From Candidatus Woesearchaeota archaeon (GTDB taxonomy: Archaea; Nanobdellota; Nanobdellia; Pacearchaeales; GW2011-AR1): 64,000 nt of DNA. Within the stretch, counting starts at the first letter, position 1. Each line of letters begins with the position of its first letter. The notes beneath the pieces were generated by a model. That model saw nothing but the letters and a program-made list of their open reading frames with translations, searched no databases and had not been told where the DNA came from. Both the position numbers and the translations under genes were made by a program. Shown here in pieces: positions 37,081 through 47,793 of the stretch. Location of the stretch: the NCBI GenBank assembly GCA_964448605.1, contig CAYUZV010000003.1, positions 33,377 through 97,376 of the forward strand, read 5' to 3'.

Positions 37081-39252
37081 ATGGTAGAGCATAAAGAGTT
37101 AGAGATAGTTGAATCATTACAAGAAGATATTGATAAAGGTATTGCTCGGGTTCCTTCTTTGATTATGGAGGAGTTGGGGCTTGTTTCAGGAGATATTATT
37201 GAGATTAAAGGCAAGGAGAAAACAGTTGTTAAAGTTATGAGGTCAATTAAAGATGATGATGAGAGAGGGATAATTCGTTTGGATGGAACTATTCGTTCTA
37301 ATATTGGAAGTTCAATTGGAGACAAGGTTAAAGTTGGTAAGGTTAAGGTTGGTGAAGCTAAGAGTGTAACTCTTTCGCCTTTGCAGGAGGTTAAATTTAG
37401 TGATGACCCTACTGAATATTTTCATACTAAACTTTTGCATAAATCTTTGGTTTTGAAACAGAAGGTTGTGATTGATGTTTTTGGGACTCGTTTGAGTTAT
37501 GTTGTTTCAAAATTGAATCCTAAGGGATATGCGATTGTTACTCCGAATACAAAAATTATTGTTTCTGATGATGCTTATTCTGGTGATTTGAAGTCAACTG
37601 GAATTAGTTATGAGGATATTGGTGGTTTGAAGAGTGAAGTTGAGTTGGTTAGAGAAATGGTTGAACTTCCGATGAAGCATCCAGAGGTTTTTGAAAAGTT
37701 AGGTGTTGGTGCTCCTAAGGGTGTTTTATTGACAGGACCTCCTGGAACAGGTAAGACACTTTTGGCTAAGGCAGTTGCAAATGAAACTGATTCTCAATTT
37801 TTTTCAATTGCAGGGCCTGAAATTATGAGCAAGTATTATGGTGAGAGTGAAAAGCATGTTAGAGAGGTTTTTGAAAAAGCACAGAAAGCGGCACCTGCGA
37901 TTGTGTTTATTGATGAGATTGATTCAATTGCACCTAAGAGAAGTGAGGGAACTGACCAGACAGAAAAGAGAATTGTTGCTCAGTTGTTGGCTTTAATGGA
38001 TGGTTTGAAATCAAGAGGACAGGTTGTTGTTATGGCTGCGACAAATCGTCCTGAAGATATTGATGAAGCTTTAAGAAGACCGGGGAGATTTGATAGAGAG
38101 TTAAAAATTAATCCTCCTGATGAAACTGGTAGGAAAGAGATTTTGCAGATTCATACTCGTGGAATGCCTTTGGATAAAGATGTTAATTTTGATGAAATTG
38201 CTATGAGGACAATTGGTTATACTGGTGCTGATATTGAGGTTTTGTGCAAGGAGGCGGGTTTGAAATCTATTAAACCTTATTTTTCTAAGTTGAAAAATTT
38301 GCAAGAGAAAATTCCTACTGATATTTTGGATAAGATTAAAGTTTCTCGTGATAATTTTATTGAGGCTATGAAACATGTTGAACCAAGTGCTATGAGAGAG
38401 GTTTTGATTAATAAACCTCATGTTAGGTGGGGTGATGTTGGTGGATTGGGAAAAGCTAAGGAGAAATTAAGAGAGCTTGTTGAATTGCCTTTGATTCGTC
38501 CTGATTTGTTTGCAAAAGCTGGAATAAAACCAAGTAAGGGAATTTTGTTGACTGGGCCTTCTGGAACTGGTAAGACACTTTTGGCTAAGGCAGTTGCAAC
38601 AGAATCCAATGCGAATTTTATTTCTGTTAAAGGTCCGGAGTTGGTGAGTAAATGGGTTGGTGAATCTGAAAAGCATGTTAGGGAGATATTTAAAAAAGCT
38701 CGTCAGGTTTCACCATCTATAATTTTCTTTGATGAATTTGATAGTATTTCTAAAATGAGAGGACACTCCTTAAATGATTCTACTGAAAAAATTGTTAATC
38801 AGTTATTGACTGAGTTGGATGGTGTTGAGGAATTAGAGAAAGTTGTTGTTATTGCTGCTACAAATCGTAGAGATTTGATTGACCCTGCGATTATTCGTCC
38901 AGGCAGGATTGATGCAATTGTAGAGTTGGAAGTTCCTGATAAGAAAACTCGGGAAGAGATTTTTAAAGTTCATACTCGGGATATGCCTTTGGATAAAAAT
39001 GTGAAGTTGAAAGATTATGTTGATAAGACAGAAGGTTGGACTGGTGCTGATATAGAAGCTGTTTGTCGAAATGCTGGTTTGATTGCAATTAAGAGAAGTT
39101 ATTCAAAAGGTGGGAAGGATATTAAAATATTGAAGAGTGATTTTGATAGTGGTTTATTGGAAGTGGGTAAATCGATTGGGAAGGTGGTGGAAAATGAGAA
39201 AAAACCTACTTCTGCTTCCAACTCCAAAAAAGGTAAATTCCAAAAGAAATGA
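37081..39252 (+). CDS. cdc48: CDC48/VAT-family AAA+ ATPase (copy 2)
   Basis: N domain plus two AAA modules ([16 protein letters not shown]; FIDEID, FFDEFD). Confidence 0.95.
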   Translation: MVEHKELEIVESLQEDIDKGIARVPSLIMEELGLVSGDIIEIKGKEKTVVKVMRSIKDDDERGIIRLDGTIRSNIGSSIGDKVKVGKVKVGEAKSVTLSPLQEVKFSDDPTEYFHTKLLHKSLVLKQKVVIDVFGTRLSYVVSKLNPKGYAIVTPNTKIIVSDDAYSGDLKSTGISYEDIGGLKSEVELVREMVELPMKHPEVFEKLGVGAPKGVLLTGPPGTGKTLLAKAVANETDSQFFSIAGPEIMSKYYGESEKHVREVFEKAQKAAPAIVFIDEIDSIAPKRSEGTDQTEKRIVAQLLALMDGLKSRGQVVVMAATNRPEDIDEALRRPGRFDRELKINPPDETGRKEILQIHTRGMPLDKDVNFDEIAMRTIGYTGADIEVLCKEAGLKSIKPYFSKLKNLQEKIPTDILDKIKVSRDNFIEAMKHVEPSAMREVLINKPHVRWGDVGGLGKAKEKLRELVELPLIRPDLFAKAGIKPSKGILLTGPSGTGKTLLAKAVATESNANFISVKGPELVSKWVGESEKHVREIFKKARQVSPSIIFFDEFDSISKMRGHSLNDSTEKIVNQLLTELDGVEELEKVVVIAATNRRDLIDPAIIRPGRIDAIVELEVPDKKTREEIFKVHTRDMPLDKNVKLKDYVDKTEGWTGADIEAVCRNAGLIAIKRSYSKGGKDIKILKSDFDSGLLEVGKSIGKVVENEKKPTSASNSKKGKFQKK

Positions 39253-39430
39253 TTATTAATAATGCTATGAAGAAAAATGAATAATCTGACATGAATATTG
39301 TTAAGAGAAATTCGTTCTTTTTTGTGAGGCAGGGAGGATTTCTGCACATGAAAATTGTTATTATGTAGATTATTGGGAATCCTGCAAGGATTGATGTTGT
39401 TGTTTTTAGTATTGTTGGTTTGAGTTTCAT
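39206..39430 (-). CDS. Small membrane protein
   Basis: Two hydrophobic segments; minus-strand-typical composition. Confidence 0.45.
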   Translation of the reverse strand: MKLKPTILKTTTSILAGFPIIYIITIFMCRNPPCLTKKNEFLLTIFMSDYSFFFIALLIIISFGIYLFWSWKQK

Positions 39431-39431
39431 T

Positions 39432-39632
39432 TTATACAGATGTTAATTGTTGGTATAGTAAATAGATTCTTTTTCCAACTGGAGTTCTGTTTCTTATTTC
39501 AGTGATTGCTTGTTCTGCAGAGTAAGATTTATCTTCAAGAGTGATAAAAGGGTAAGTTGATGTTGGTGATTCTGCTTGTTTTATTATTTCATCAAGTATT
39601 TCTCTATTTGGTATAAATTCATCAGTTTTCAT
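39432..39632 (-). CDS. Hypothetical protein
   Basis: 66-aa ORF coupled to the flavodoxin gene. Confidence 0.45.
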   Translation of the reverse strand: MKTDEFIPNREILDEIIKQAESPTSTYPFITLEDKSYSAEQAITEIRNRTPVGKRIYLLYQQLTSV

Positions 39633-40086
39633 ATTGTTTTATTTTTTCACAAAATTGTTTTATTTTTTCTTTGTGTTTATTTTGATTTAGTTCTTTTGAA
39701 TTTATTTCCAGTGTTGTGATTGGTTTTTTGCTTAGAATCATCATTTCTTTGAATGTGTTTGATTGTGATGAATCGCAAGTGCAAAAAAATGATAATTTTT
39801 TGAATTCATATTTGCAGAAGTAGGTTCTTATTGCAGGAGTCATGTTTCCTGCCCAGACAGGAGTTCCGATTATTATTAAATCGTAATTTTCTGGATTGAG
39901 TTTATTTTTTATTGTTGTTTGTTTTTTAAAAATAGCATCTTTTCCTCCTGAAAGAAAACCGAAAATTCCTTTTCTATTTTTTAAGTCATGTATTTCGTCT
40001 ATGTTTGCTTTTAGAATTTGAGCAATTTGTTGAGCTACTTTTTTTGTGTTTCCTGTTTGTGAGTAAAATGATACTAGTGTTTTCAT
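39622..40086 (-). CDS. Flavodoxin-like protein
   Basis: FYSQTGNT, IIIGTPVWAG, FFCT. Confidence 0.85.
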   Translation of the reverse strand: MKTLVSFYSQTGNTKKVAQQIAQILKANIDEIHDLKNRKGIFGFLSGGKDAIFKKQTTIKNKLNPENYDLIIIGTPVWAGNMTPAIRTYFCKYEFKKLSFFCTCDSSQSNTFKEMMILSKKPITTLEINSKELNQNKHKEKIKQFCEKIKQYEN

Positions 40087-40165
40087 TTAATTGTAATAAG
40101 TAAGAGGTGTTTTTAATATTTAGCAATATAGGAAACCTTTATAAACATTGTGCACATTGTATTAC

Positions 40166-40669
40166 ATGGTTGTTATAAAGGATAGCATGGTATTAATTCA
40201 TCTTGCAAAAATAACTCTTCTTAGGAAAAGTTGCGAGTTATTTAAATCAGTTTTAATACCGAGGAGGATATATGAGGAGATTTTGAAAGGTGAAGAAAAA
40301 GGGTATGGAGAAGTTATTTTGATAAAGGAATTAATTGAAGAAAATGCAATTTCAATAATTAAAATTGAAAATTCAAATTTATTAAAAAAAGCAAATGAAT
40401 TTAATATTCAGAGAGGAGAGGCAGAGGCAGTTGCATTGTATTGGCAGGAGAGTGCAGATTTTCTTGCGAGTGATGATAATAATGTTCGTAAAAAATCTCA
40501 TTTATTAAATTTAAAAGTAATTGGAACTCCTGTAATAATATTAAATTTATTTAGAAAAAAAATCATAGATGAGGATAAAACAATTTTGTCTATTGAAAAA
40601 CTTAAAGAAATAGGATGGTTTTCTGATTTTGTTTTAGATAAAATTTTAATGGAGGTTAAAAATGGATAA
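40166..40669 (+). CDS. PIN-domain protein (DUF3368-like toxin)
   Basis: VIKDSMVLIHL, IQRGEAEAVAL, LASDD, VIGT. Confidence 0.8.
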   Translation: MVVIKDSMVLIHLAKITLLRKSCELFKSVLIPRRIYEEILKGEEKGYGEVILIKELIEENAISIIKIENSNLLKKANEFNIQRGEAEAVALYWQESADFLASDDNNVRKKSHLLNLKVIGTPVIILNLFRKKIIDEDKTILSIEKLKEIGWFSDFVLDKILMEVKNG

Positions 40670-40961
40670 ACCAATTGGAGTAAGATTGCCAAGAGAAATT
40701 TTAGTTAAGATTGAAAAAATTGGAAAAGAAGAAATGCTTGATAGAAGTTCTATTATTAGAAAGTTGGTATTAACAGGATATAAAGAATTGATGAAAGAGA
40801 AATCTGTTGAAGATTATAGAAGGGGTAAGATAACTTTTTCAGAGGCAGCACATAGGGCGGGATTGAGTTTGTGGGATATGGAAAGATTTTTAGTTGAGAG
40901 CGGGCTTAAATCAGATTATTCAATTGAGGATTTGGAAAGAGAGATTAAATTTTTGGATTAA
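40662..40961 (+). CDS. UPF0175-like antitoxin (RHH + HTH)
   Basis: IGVRLPREI..DRSSIIRKL; YRRGKITFSEAAHRAGLS. Confidence 0.8.
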   Translation: MDKPIGVRLPREILVKIEKIGKEEMLDRSSIIRKLVLTGYKELMKEKSVEDYRRGKITFSEAAHRAGLSLWDMERFLVESGLKSDYSIEDLEREIKFLD

Positions 40962-41851
40962 TCCCTTGTGAAAACAATTATTTTGTTGTCTGGTGTTTTG
41001 ATGAAGCTGTGTTCAGATTGTGAGACTGGTTTGTGGGATTTTTCAATTAATTGATTGTAGGATTTGATTATGTCTTGGTTTTCAAGTTCTTTTAGATGTA
41101 TTCTGGAGAAGGCTCCGAATTTTTTTTGTATTTGCCTTAGTGAAAATGGAAGTGTTCTGTGTTTTTCCATTATGTATTCAAGGATTTCTCTTGCTTTTGG
41201 ACTTCTTGTGTTTTTTGGTGTTGTGAGTGCATAGATGTTTCCTGGAGGACCTTCGTAGATTTTTCCTTCACCTGTGGTTGCAAATGGTTCAATTGCATAA
41301 GCTCCTTCTTGTAAAATATTTTGATTGTTGTTTTTGTAATTTGGAATTGTTATTCCTGAATGAACTTCAAATTCATCTAAGGAATGTCCTGATAAATTTA
41401 CTATGGGTGAAAAACCTTTTTCTTCAATTGCTTTTTGAATTGTTTCACCTATTTCTGAAAGAGAAGGATTTTGTTTTAGGATTTCTAATGCTTGAGTGAG
41501 TGCCTCTTCTGATGATTGAATTAGTTCTTTGTGTTCCTGGTTTTCGGTTAAATCTATTGTTAGTGCTGTGTCTGCTATCATTCCATTTATATGAATTCCT
41601 ATATCGATTTTTAATAATCCCTCTGCTTTTGTTTTGTCTTCTAATGCTGGTTGAAAATGTGCTGCAATTTCATTTATGCATAAATTTACTGGAAATGCTA
41701 TTTCTCCACCTAATTCTTCAATTTTGTTTTCTATTTTTTCTGCTATTTCTGCTAAAAGGATTCCGGGTTTTATTATTTGTCGAGAGTATTCTCTTATTTG
41801 TTTTGCAATTTTTCCTGCTTTTTGATAAGATTCTATTTCTTGTTTTAGCAT
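40958..41851 (-). CDS. map: Methionine aminopeptidase type II
   Basis: AAHFQP, KIDIGIH..IADTA, GHSLD..H, AIEPF, SQSEH. Confidence 0.93.
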   Translation of the reverse strand: MLKQEIESYQKAGKIAKQIREYSRQIIKPGILLAEIAEKIENKIEELGGEIAFPVNLCINEIAAHFQPALEDKTKAEGLLKIDIGIHINGMIADTALTIDLTENQEHKELIQSSEEALTQALEILKQNPSLSEIGETIQKAIEEKGFSPIVNLSGHSLDEFEVHSGITIPNYKNNNQNILQEGAYAIEPFATTGEGKIYEGPPGNIYALTTPKNTRSPKAREILEYIMEKHRTLPFSLRQIQKKFGAFSRIHLKELENQDIIKSYNQLIEKSHKPVSQSEHSFIKTPDNKIIVFTRD

Positions 41852-41895
41852 TTTCGCACCAATAAAATTTTATAGTATTTAGACTTTAAAAATAT

Positions 41896-42270
41896 ATGAG
41901 TATTGCAGATATTATTAAGAGAGAGATTTATGAAGAAGTTGATAGGGAAAATCCAGGGCTTTTTGAGTCAGATCCTATTGAGTATCATAGATTGTGCAGG
42001 GCTAAGTCAGATAATGAGTTGAATTCAAGATTGAATTCTTGGAAGAATATTAAGGTGAGGTATGGATTGGGTTTTGTTGTGAAACCTGTTTTAAGGAAAT
42101 ATGCTAAATATTACAGATATACTCCTGAATCAGATGTGGAAGGCAGAAGAAGAATTGATAGAAATGTTTTTTCAAAACTTCTTTTATTTTGTTGTGCTAA
42201 TCAAAGACTTTTTTTAGATTATTATAGGTTTTATTGGAAAGCTAAGAAAGGGATTGATGGACTTTGTTGA
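41896..42270 (+). CDS. Hypothetical protein
   Basis: 124-aa ORF after a TATA-like TTTAAAAATA. Confidence 0.55.
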   Translation: MSIADIIKREIYEEVDRENPGLFESDPIEYHRLCRAKSDNELNSRLNSWKNIKVRYGLGFVVKPVLRKYAKYYRYTPESDVEGRRRIDRNVFSKLLLFCCANQRLFLDYYRFYWKAKKGIDGLC

Positions 42271-42284
42271 AAATTTTTTTAAAA

Positions 42285-42354
42285 GCAGTGGGTGAGAGTT
42301 ATTCCCTCCCACCTTCCCCTTGTGGAGGAGTTTAGCAACTCTCTTGTCCATTGC
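42285..42354. ncRNA. Candidate structured RNA element
   Basis: GC-rich island: GCAGTGG/CCATTGC outer stem, GAGAGTT/AACTCTC perfect stem, inner CTCC(C)AC/GTGGAG hairpin. Confidence 0.35.
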
Positions 42355-42424
42355 CTGAATTTGACTTTTTTAACAAAGATGGATTGATGATAAGGGTTAA
42401 ATATGTTATAAATTATTATATATT

Positions 42425-42820
42425 ATGGATTATATTGAACTTGAATGGAGGTTGGATGGTCTTGCGATAAGGTATTATGGACAGGAAAGTGATAGGAATA
42501 GAGAAAGATGTGATAAGATTGCATGGAGGTTGATAAGGAGGAATAGAGAGGGATTAAGGGAAAAGATTGATGCATTGAAATATTATCGTAAATCAAAGAA
42601 ATTAGTTGAAGTTATGAAACCTCGTTTGAAGGGTTTTGCAGATACTTATCCTGAACTTGAAGGATATGATGCTTGTAGGAATTGTGATAAGGCTGCATTG
42701 GAATTTGTTAGTGCTGTTTTTTGCGGAAGTTTAAGAAATGTTGTTTATGCATATAGAATGTATGAAAGATTGAAAATGGATATTCCTCCTGGAGGATATA
42801 AGGATTTTGTGCCTTCTTGA
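42425..42820 (+). CDS. Hypothetical protein
   Basis: 131-aa ORF; no recognised motif. Confidence 0.55.
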   Translation: MDYIELEWRLDGLAIRYYGQESDRNRERCDKIAWRLIRRNREGLREKIDALKYYRKSKKLVEVMKPRLKGFADTYPELEGYDACRNCDKAALEFVSAVFCGSLRNVVYAYRMYERLKMDIPPGGYKDFVPS

Positions 42821-42881
42821 TTCTGAACCGGACTTTGTCACAGTGTTCTTTTAATTTATTGGTGAGTTTTTGGAGCTTGGT

Positions 42882-43331
42882 TTATTGATTATTTATTTTT
42901 TCTTTTTTAGAAATAAAATTTTTAATTTCTTCTCCTGCAGATTTTCCAGAACCTAAGAATTCTTCTTTGTATTTTAGTATGACTGGACCTGGTTGATGTT
43001 TTATTTCTAAGTTTTTGCCTTTGAGCCATTTGTCTTTTTGTTCTTGATTGAGAGTTAGGATATTCTTTTTTATTTCAGGTTTTAGAATTTGTGTTCCCTC
43101 TAAGGTTAATTTTATTTCTGTTTTTTCTTGTTTTGCAAAATACAATCCTGCTGATTCTATGTTTATTGAGTGGTCTAATTTGTTTAGTTCTTCTTTTGAA
43201 AGATTACCTGAATATAATCTTATTTTTTCTTTGCCGAATTTTAGGAATAGGTAGGGAATGTTTTTTATTCCGAAATTTTCATTTAATTCTTTTGTTATTT
43301 TCTTTTTTTGAGATGATGATAGGATTTTCAT
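42882..43331 (-). CDS. NIP7/RsmF-C-terminal-like (pre-PUA/PUA) RNA-methyltransferase partner
   Basis: AGLYF..LTLEG..KWLKG..VILKY..LGSGK; adjacent to the NOP2 gene. Confidence 0.6.
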   Translation of the reverse strand: MKILSSSQKKKITKELNENFGIKNIPYLFLKFGKEKIRLYSGNLSKEELNKLDHSINIESAGLYFAKQEKTEIKLTLEGTQILKPEIKKNILTLNQEQKDKWLKGKNLEIKHQPGPVILKYKEEFLGSGKSAGEEIKNFISKKEKINNQ

Positions 43332-43356
43332 TTTTTGTGTTCATTTATTTTTATGT

Positions 43357-44331
43357 TTAATTTAAGGATATAGTTTCCTTTAGTTTTTTCATTTTACATA
43401 AAAAAAATCCCTCCATATTGTTGTCATGATGATAGATTCTTATTGCTTTTTTTAGGTTAGGATGGAATGTTTTGTTTTTCCATTTTGTTATTCCAGGACG
43501 GGTTTTTATTGGAAGTTTTATTTCTTGTATTTCTAAGGGATAGTTTTCTATTAGATGTTGTATGACTTCTTCGTTTTCTTCTGGTGAATAAGTGCAGGTT
43601 GAATAAAGAAGAGTTCCTTCTGGTTTTAAAATTTCTACTGCCTTTGATACAAGTTGTTTTTGTTTTCTTGATAGTGATTTTATTTGTCCCTCTGACCATT
43701 CTAAATAGGTTTTGGGATTTGTTCTGATGTTTCCTTCGCCTGAACAGGATGTATCTACAAGTATTTTATTGAATTTAAATTTTAATTTTTTTAATTTTTG
43801 ACAAAGTTCTATTCCTGGATGTTTTGTGATTAGAGTATTTGTTGCTCCGTATCGTTCTAAATTTATATTTAATATTCCTGCTCTCTGAATTGATAAATCA
43901 TTTGCAATTATGATTCCTTTGTTTTTCATTTCAGATATTGCTTGTGTTGTTTTTGAACCAGGTGATGCACAGAGGTCTAAAAAAATATCCTGAGAATTTA
44001 GATTAAGTGCTATTACTGGCATCATTGATGTTATTTCCTGAACATAATAGTAACCTAATCTGTGTTCAAGTGAATTTCCTAGTTCTCCGGGTTTTAATTT
44101 TGATTCTATTTGAAATATTTCTGGATGATTTTTTATTGGTTGGTTTATTTTCCAGTTTTTCTTTTCTAATTTTTGTTTTAGTTTTTCTGGTGAAATTTTT
44201 AAGGTGTTTACTCTGATTGATTTTTTTGGTTTTGTTTTTGTTGTTTCTAAGAATTGGTTTAAATCCTCTTGGTTGTTTAGAAGTAGTTTCATTCTTTCTA
44301 CGAATGGAGGTTTTGGTTTGTAGGTTTTCAT
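43357..44331 (-). CDS. RsmB/NOP2/Fmu-family RNA m5C methyltransferase
   Basis: IRVNTLK, YYVQEITSM, LDLCASPGSKT, ILVDTSCSGEG, YSTCT..EENE, GFF. Confidence 0.92.
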   Translation of the reverse strand: MKTYKPKPPFVERMKLLLNNQEDLNQFLETTKTKPKKSIRVNTLKISPEKLKQKLEKKNWKINQPIKNHPEIFQIESKLKPGELGNSLEHRLGYYYVQEITSMMPVIALNLNSQDIFLDLCASPGSKTTQAISEMKNKGIIIANDLSIQRAGILNINLERYGATNTLITKHPGIELCQKLKKLKFKFNKILVDTSCSGEGNIRTNPKTYLEWSEGQIKSLSRKQKQLVSKAVEILKPEGTLLYSTCTYSPEENEEVIQHLIENYPLEIQEIKLPIKTRPGITKWKNKTFHPNLKKAIRIYHHDNNMEGFFLCKMKKLKETISLN

Positions 44332-44400
44332 GGAATATTCAAATAAAAAATATACTTAAAACTATCTATATGCTTTTAAATTAAACAGGGTTTTTAAGTG

Positions 44401-44844
44401 ATGGGTAGTAAGAAAAAAAGTAAGAAAATGAAATCACCTAAGAGGTATTTTAGAAAACTTGTTTTTGAAGATTCTATGAGTGTTTCAAATTGGCCGGTTT
44501 TTGTTCAAAAAGGAATTGCTGTTTCTGGAATTCATGAACTTCATGAATTAGTTGAGGGGTTTGATGTTAGTGAATATACTGAATCAAGATTTGAAGGGAG
44601 TAATTATTTTGGAATTAGAAGAGCTTATGTTTTTGGAAATTCTGAGGGTTTTGAAGATTGTGCTGGAATTGTGAATTCAGTCCTTGTTACAAGAAATCCA
44701 GAAGGTTGTGAAGGGAGTAAGATTTATCAGACGAAGCTTTATTTAAATAAATCAAGAGAACCCCCTGGAGATTTAAGAGAGATGATTGAGGGTATTTATT
44801 TCAGATATGGGCAAAATCCTGGAGTAAATGAATTTTTAATTTAA
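44401..44844 (+). CDS. Hypothetical protein
   Basis: ORF co-oriented with and 1 nt from the MTAP-APRT gene. Confidence 0.5.
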   Translation: MGSKKKSKKMKSPKRYFRKLVFEDSMSVSNWPVFVQKGIAVSGIHELHELVEGFDVSEYTESRFEGSNYFGIRRAYVFGNSEGFEDCAGIVNSVLVTRNPEGCEGSKIYQTKLYLNKSREPPGDLREMIEGIYFRYGQNPGVNEFLI

Positions 44845-44845
44845 A

Positions 44846-46123
44846 ATGAAAATCGGAATAATTGGTGGTTCAGGTCTTGATGACCCTAAGATTTTGGAAA
44901 ATTATAATGAAAGAGAAGTTAAGACTCCTTATGGAAGGGCTTCGTCTAAATTGACTTGCGGTAGGATTAAAGGTGTTGAGGTTTGTATTCTTGCTCGGCA
45001 TGGTAAGAATCATGAGATTTATCCTTCGAGAGTGAATTATCGGGCGAATATTTATGCATTGAAACAAGAAGGATGCGGAATTATTTTAGCAACTTCTGCT
45101 GTGGGTTCTTTGAAGGAATGGATTAAACCAGGTGATTTAGTTTTTCCTGACCAGTTTATTGATTTTACTAAATATAGAAGGCTAACTTTTTTTGATAAGT
45201 ATGGAGAAGTTAAGCATCAACCAATGGCAGAGCCATTTTCTAAGGATGTTCGTGGAGTTTTGATTTCAGAGTGTGAGAAATTGGGATTTTCTTGTCATAA
45301 GGGAGCGACGATTGTTGTAATTGAAGGTCCTCGTTTTTCAACCAAGGCAGAATCATTTATGTTTAGAAATTTTGCTGATATAATTGGAATGACTACTGCT
45401 CCTGAAATTTGTCTTGCAAATGAAATGGAAATTCCTTATGCTACGATTGCTATGTCTACTGATTATGATTGTTGGAAAGAGGATGAGGAGCCAGTTACTT
45501 TTGAAATGGTTATGCAAAGAATGAAAGAGAATGCAGATAAGGTTAAGTCATTGCTTTTGAATGTTATTCCTGAAATTGCTCGGGTTGATGAGAATTTTAT
45601 TAAGAGCAGGATTAGGACAATTCCTGATTTTCCTAAGAAAGGTATTTTGTTTAGAGATATTACAACTTTATTAAGTGACAGAGAGGGTCTTGCTCGGGTT
45701 GTTGATATTTTAGTTAAAAGATATCAGAATAAAGGAATTGATGTTATTGCTGGAATTGAGTCAAGAGGTTTTATTATTGGTGGAATTTTAGCTGAAAGGT
45801 TGGGTGTTGGTTTTGTTCCAATTAGGAAGTCAGGGAAATTACCTTTTGAAGTTTTGAGTGAGGAATATTCTTTAGAGTATGGAACTGATAAAGTTGAGAT
45901 TCATAAAGATGCTATTAAACTCGGTGATAAAGTTTTATTGATTGATGATTTATTAGCTACTGGAGGAACTGCTTTGGCTTCTGCGAAATTGATTTCTAAT
46001 TTAGGAGGGAATATTGAAGAGATTGGTTTTATTATTGAGTTGTTGGATTTAAAGGGTTGTGAGAAATTGGAGAATTCAGGTTACAAGGTTTTTAGTATTG
46101 TGAATTATGAGGAGAGTGGTTAA
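44846..46123 (+). CDS. Fusion of 5'-methylthioadenosine phosphorylase (MTAP) and adenine phosphoribosyltransferase (APRT)
   Basis: MTAP: [42 protein letters not shown]: [43 protein letters not shown]. Confidence 0.9.
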   Translation: MKIGIIGGSGLDDPKILENYNEREVKTPYGRASSKLTCGRIKGVEVCILARHGKNHEIYPSRVNYRANIYALKQEGCGIILATSAVGSLKEWIKPGDLVFPDQFIDFTKYRRLTFFDKYGEVKHQPMAEPFSKDVRGVLISECEKLGFSCHKGATIVVIEGPRFSTKAESFMFRNFADIIGMTTAPEICLANEMEIPYATIAMSTDYDCWKEDEEPVTFEMVMQRMKENADKVKSLLLNVIPEIARVDENFIKSRIRTIPDFPKKGILFRDITTLLSDREGLARVVDILVKRYQNKGIDVIAGIESRGFIIGGILAERLGVGFVPIRKSGKLPFEVLSEEYSLEYGTDKVEIHKDAIKLGDKVLLIDDLLATGGTALASAKLISNLGGNIEEIGFIIELLDLKGCEKLENSGYKVFSIVNYEESG

Positions 46124-46693
46124 ATGGAAAGAGAGAAAGATTTGGTAATTGAAGGAAGTCCTTGTGATGTTAATTATTTTGATAGAAGGGTTTTGACCTT
46201 GACTCAGGCAGTTGAAGATAAAAGTTTTTGTCCTAATATTGAGATATGTAAGGAATATCCAGAACAATGTGCTTTGAGATATGGTCAGAAAGTTGCTTCA
46301 TATGTTGTTGAAGGAAGTGATTTAAAAACAGAACTTTATGATTTTTATAGAGAGATTTTGCAAAAGGATTTTTCTGGAAGTGAATTTTGGAATTCTGTTG
46401 ATAGAGAAGAATTTTCAAAAATTAGGAGTAAGGGAAGAGTTTTAAGAGCTGTTGAGAATTTTGCAAGAGTTGTTTTATTAATGGATACTTCTGAATCTGT
46501 TTTTCCTTATTGTGAAAAATGTGAATCAGGGGTTGTATTAGAAAAGTTAATTGAGGAGCAAGGCAGAATTCGTGGAAGAGGTCTTGCTGGGACTGGAAGG
46601 ATAAGAACAAGAAGGGTTTTGTATTGTCCTGATTGTGATTTTGAACCTCAAAATGGTATTTTTTATGAAGGAGAGGGTGATGATTTAGTTTGA
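46124..46693 (+). CDS. Hypothetical protein with CxxC pairs
   Basis: CEKC and CPDC; abuts the previous stop. Confidence 0.55.
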   Translation: MEREKDLVIEGSPCDVNYFDRRVLTLTQAVEDKSFCPNIEICKEYPEQCALRYGQKVASYVVEGSDLKTELYDFYREILQKDFSGSEFWNSVDREEFSKIRSKGRVLRAVENFARVVLLMDTSESVFPYCEKCESGVVLEKLIEEQGRIRGRGLAGTGRIRTRRVLYCPDCDFEPQNGIFYEGEGDDLV

Positions 46694-46694
46694 A

Positions 46695-46824
46695 TAATTT
46701 TTTAATACAGAAATAAATCTTTATTATGTATAATTGAGTTGGAGATTGATTTCTGTCCTCACCAAATCCAAGACAAACTCCACACTTTAGTGTGGAGTTC
46801 AAATCCGAAGGATTTGGTGATTTT
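46695..46824. mobile_element. Palindromic dispersed repeat, copy 2 (IS200/IS605-end-like, non-autonomous)
   Basis: Near-identical to 3303-3431; perfect AACTCCACAC-TTTA-GTGTGGAGTT hairpin inside the TCACCAAATCC/GGATTTGGTGA stem. Confidence 0.65.
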
Positions 46825-46937
46825 TATGATGACTCATTGTTTATGGATAAGAAAAATTGGAGGGAATTTTTAGTGGATTTAGAATTTTATTGTTATTAAC
46901 ATAACAATATTTATAAAGTTATTTTTATTTCTAAAAA

Positions 46938-47168
46938 ATGGTGAATATTCCAACTTTAGAAGCAATGAAAAAGGATTTTGAAGATAATCTTGGAAATTAT
47001 GTGAGAGAACATCCAGGAGAGTTTGTTTTATATGAAGGAAGTGTTATGAGAGGAATTACACATCGGTTTTTTGAGACAAGGGAAAGTGTAGTAAGTGAAG
47101 TTGAAAAGCATGGACTGGTATGTGGTTTTAATTATATTATTGAAAAAATTCCTGAAAGTCTTGATTAA
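46938..47168 (+). CDS. Hypothetical protein
   Basis: 76-aa ORF after TATA TTTATAAA. Confidence 0.5.
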   Translation: MVNIPTLEAMKKDFEDNLGNYVREHPGEFVLYEGSVMRGITHRFFETRESVVSEVEKHGLVCGFNYIIEKIPESLD

Positions 47169-47202
47169 GATAATTTTTTATAATTTAAGTTCTTGGTTGT
47201 TT

Positions 47203-47793
47203 ATGGATAAAAGGGAATTGATTGAGGAGTTGAGAAAAGGAGGATTTTCTGAAAAGATTCTTCGTGGATTTGAAAATGTTAGGAGAGAGGATTTTGTTTC
47301 TGAAGATTTAAAAAAATATGCTTATGAGAATCGAGCATTGGGATTGGTTAGAGGTGCTACGATTTCTCAACCTTATACAATTGCATTTATGTTGGAGTTG
47401 TTAGAACTTGGAGAAGGTTTGAGGATTGTGGAGATAGGGAGTGGAAGTGGTTATGTTTTGAGTTTGATTAATGAGATGTGTTTGAATTGTGAGATTTATG
47501 GAATTGAGATTGTAAAAGAGTTGGTTGAGAGTTCTAAGAATGCTTTGAAAGGTTATGAGAATATTAAGGTGATTTATGGGAATGGTGTTGATTTTGTAAA
47601 AGATAAGAAATTTGATAGAATTTTAGTGAGTGCTTCATCTGATAATTTGATTAAAGAATTATTAGATAGTTTGAATGAGGGTGGTGTTTTAGTTTGTGTT
47701 ATTAAGGATTCTATTTTTCAATTTAAGAAAGTTAATGGTTCAGTGGTTGAGAAAAAATTTCCGGGTTTTGTTTTTGTTAAGTTAGTGGATTAA
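47203..47793 (+). CDS. pcm: Protein-L-isoaspartate O-methyltransferase
   Basis: VRREDFV, ATISQPY, VEIGSGSGY, FDRILVSA, FVFVKL; ATG at 47203. Confidence 0.88.
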   Translation: MDKRELIEELRKGGFSEKILRGFENVRREDFVSEDLKKYAYENRALGLVRGATISQPYTIAFMLELLELGEGLRIVEIGSGSGYVLSLINEMCLNCEIYGIEIVKELVESSKNALKGYENIKVIYGNGVDFVKDKKFDRILVSASSDNLIKELLDSLNEGGVLVCVIKDSIFQFKKVNGSVVEKKFPGFVFVKLVD

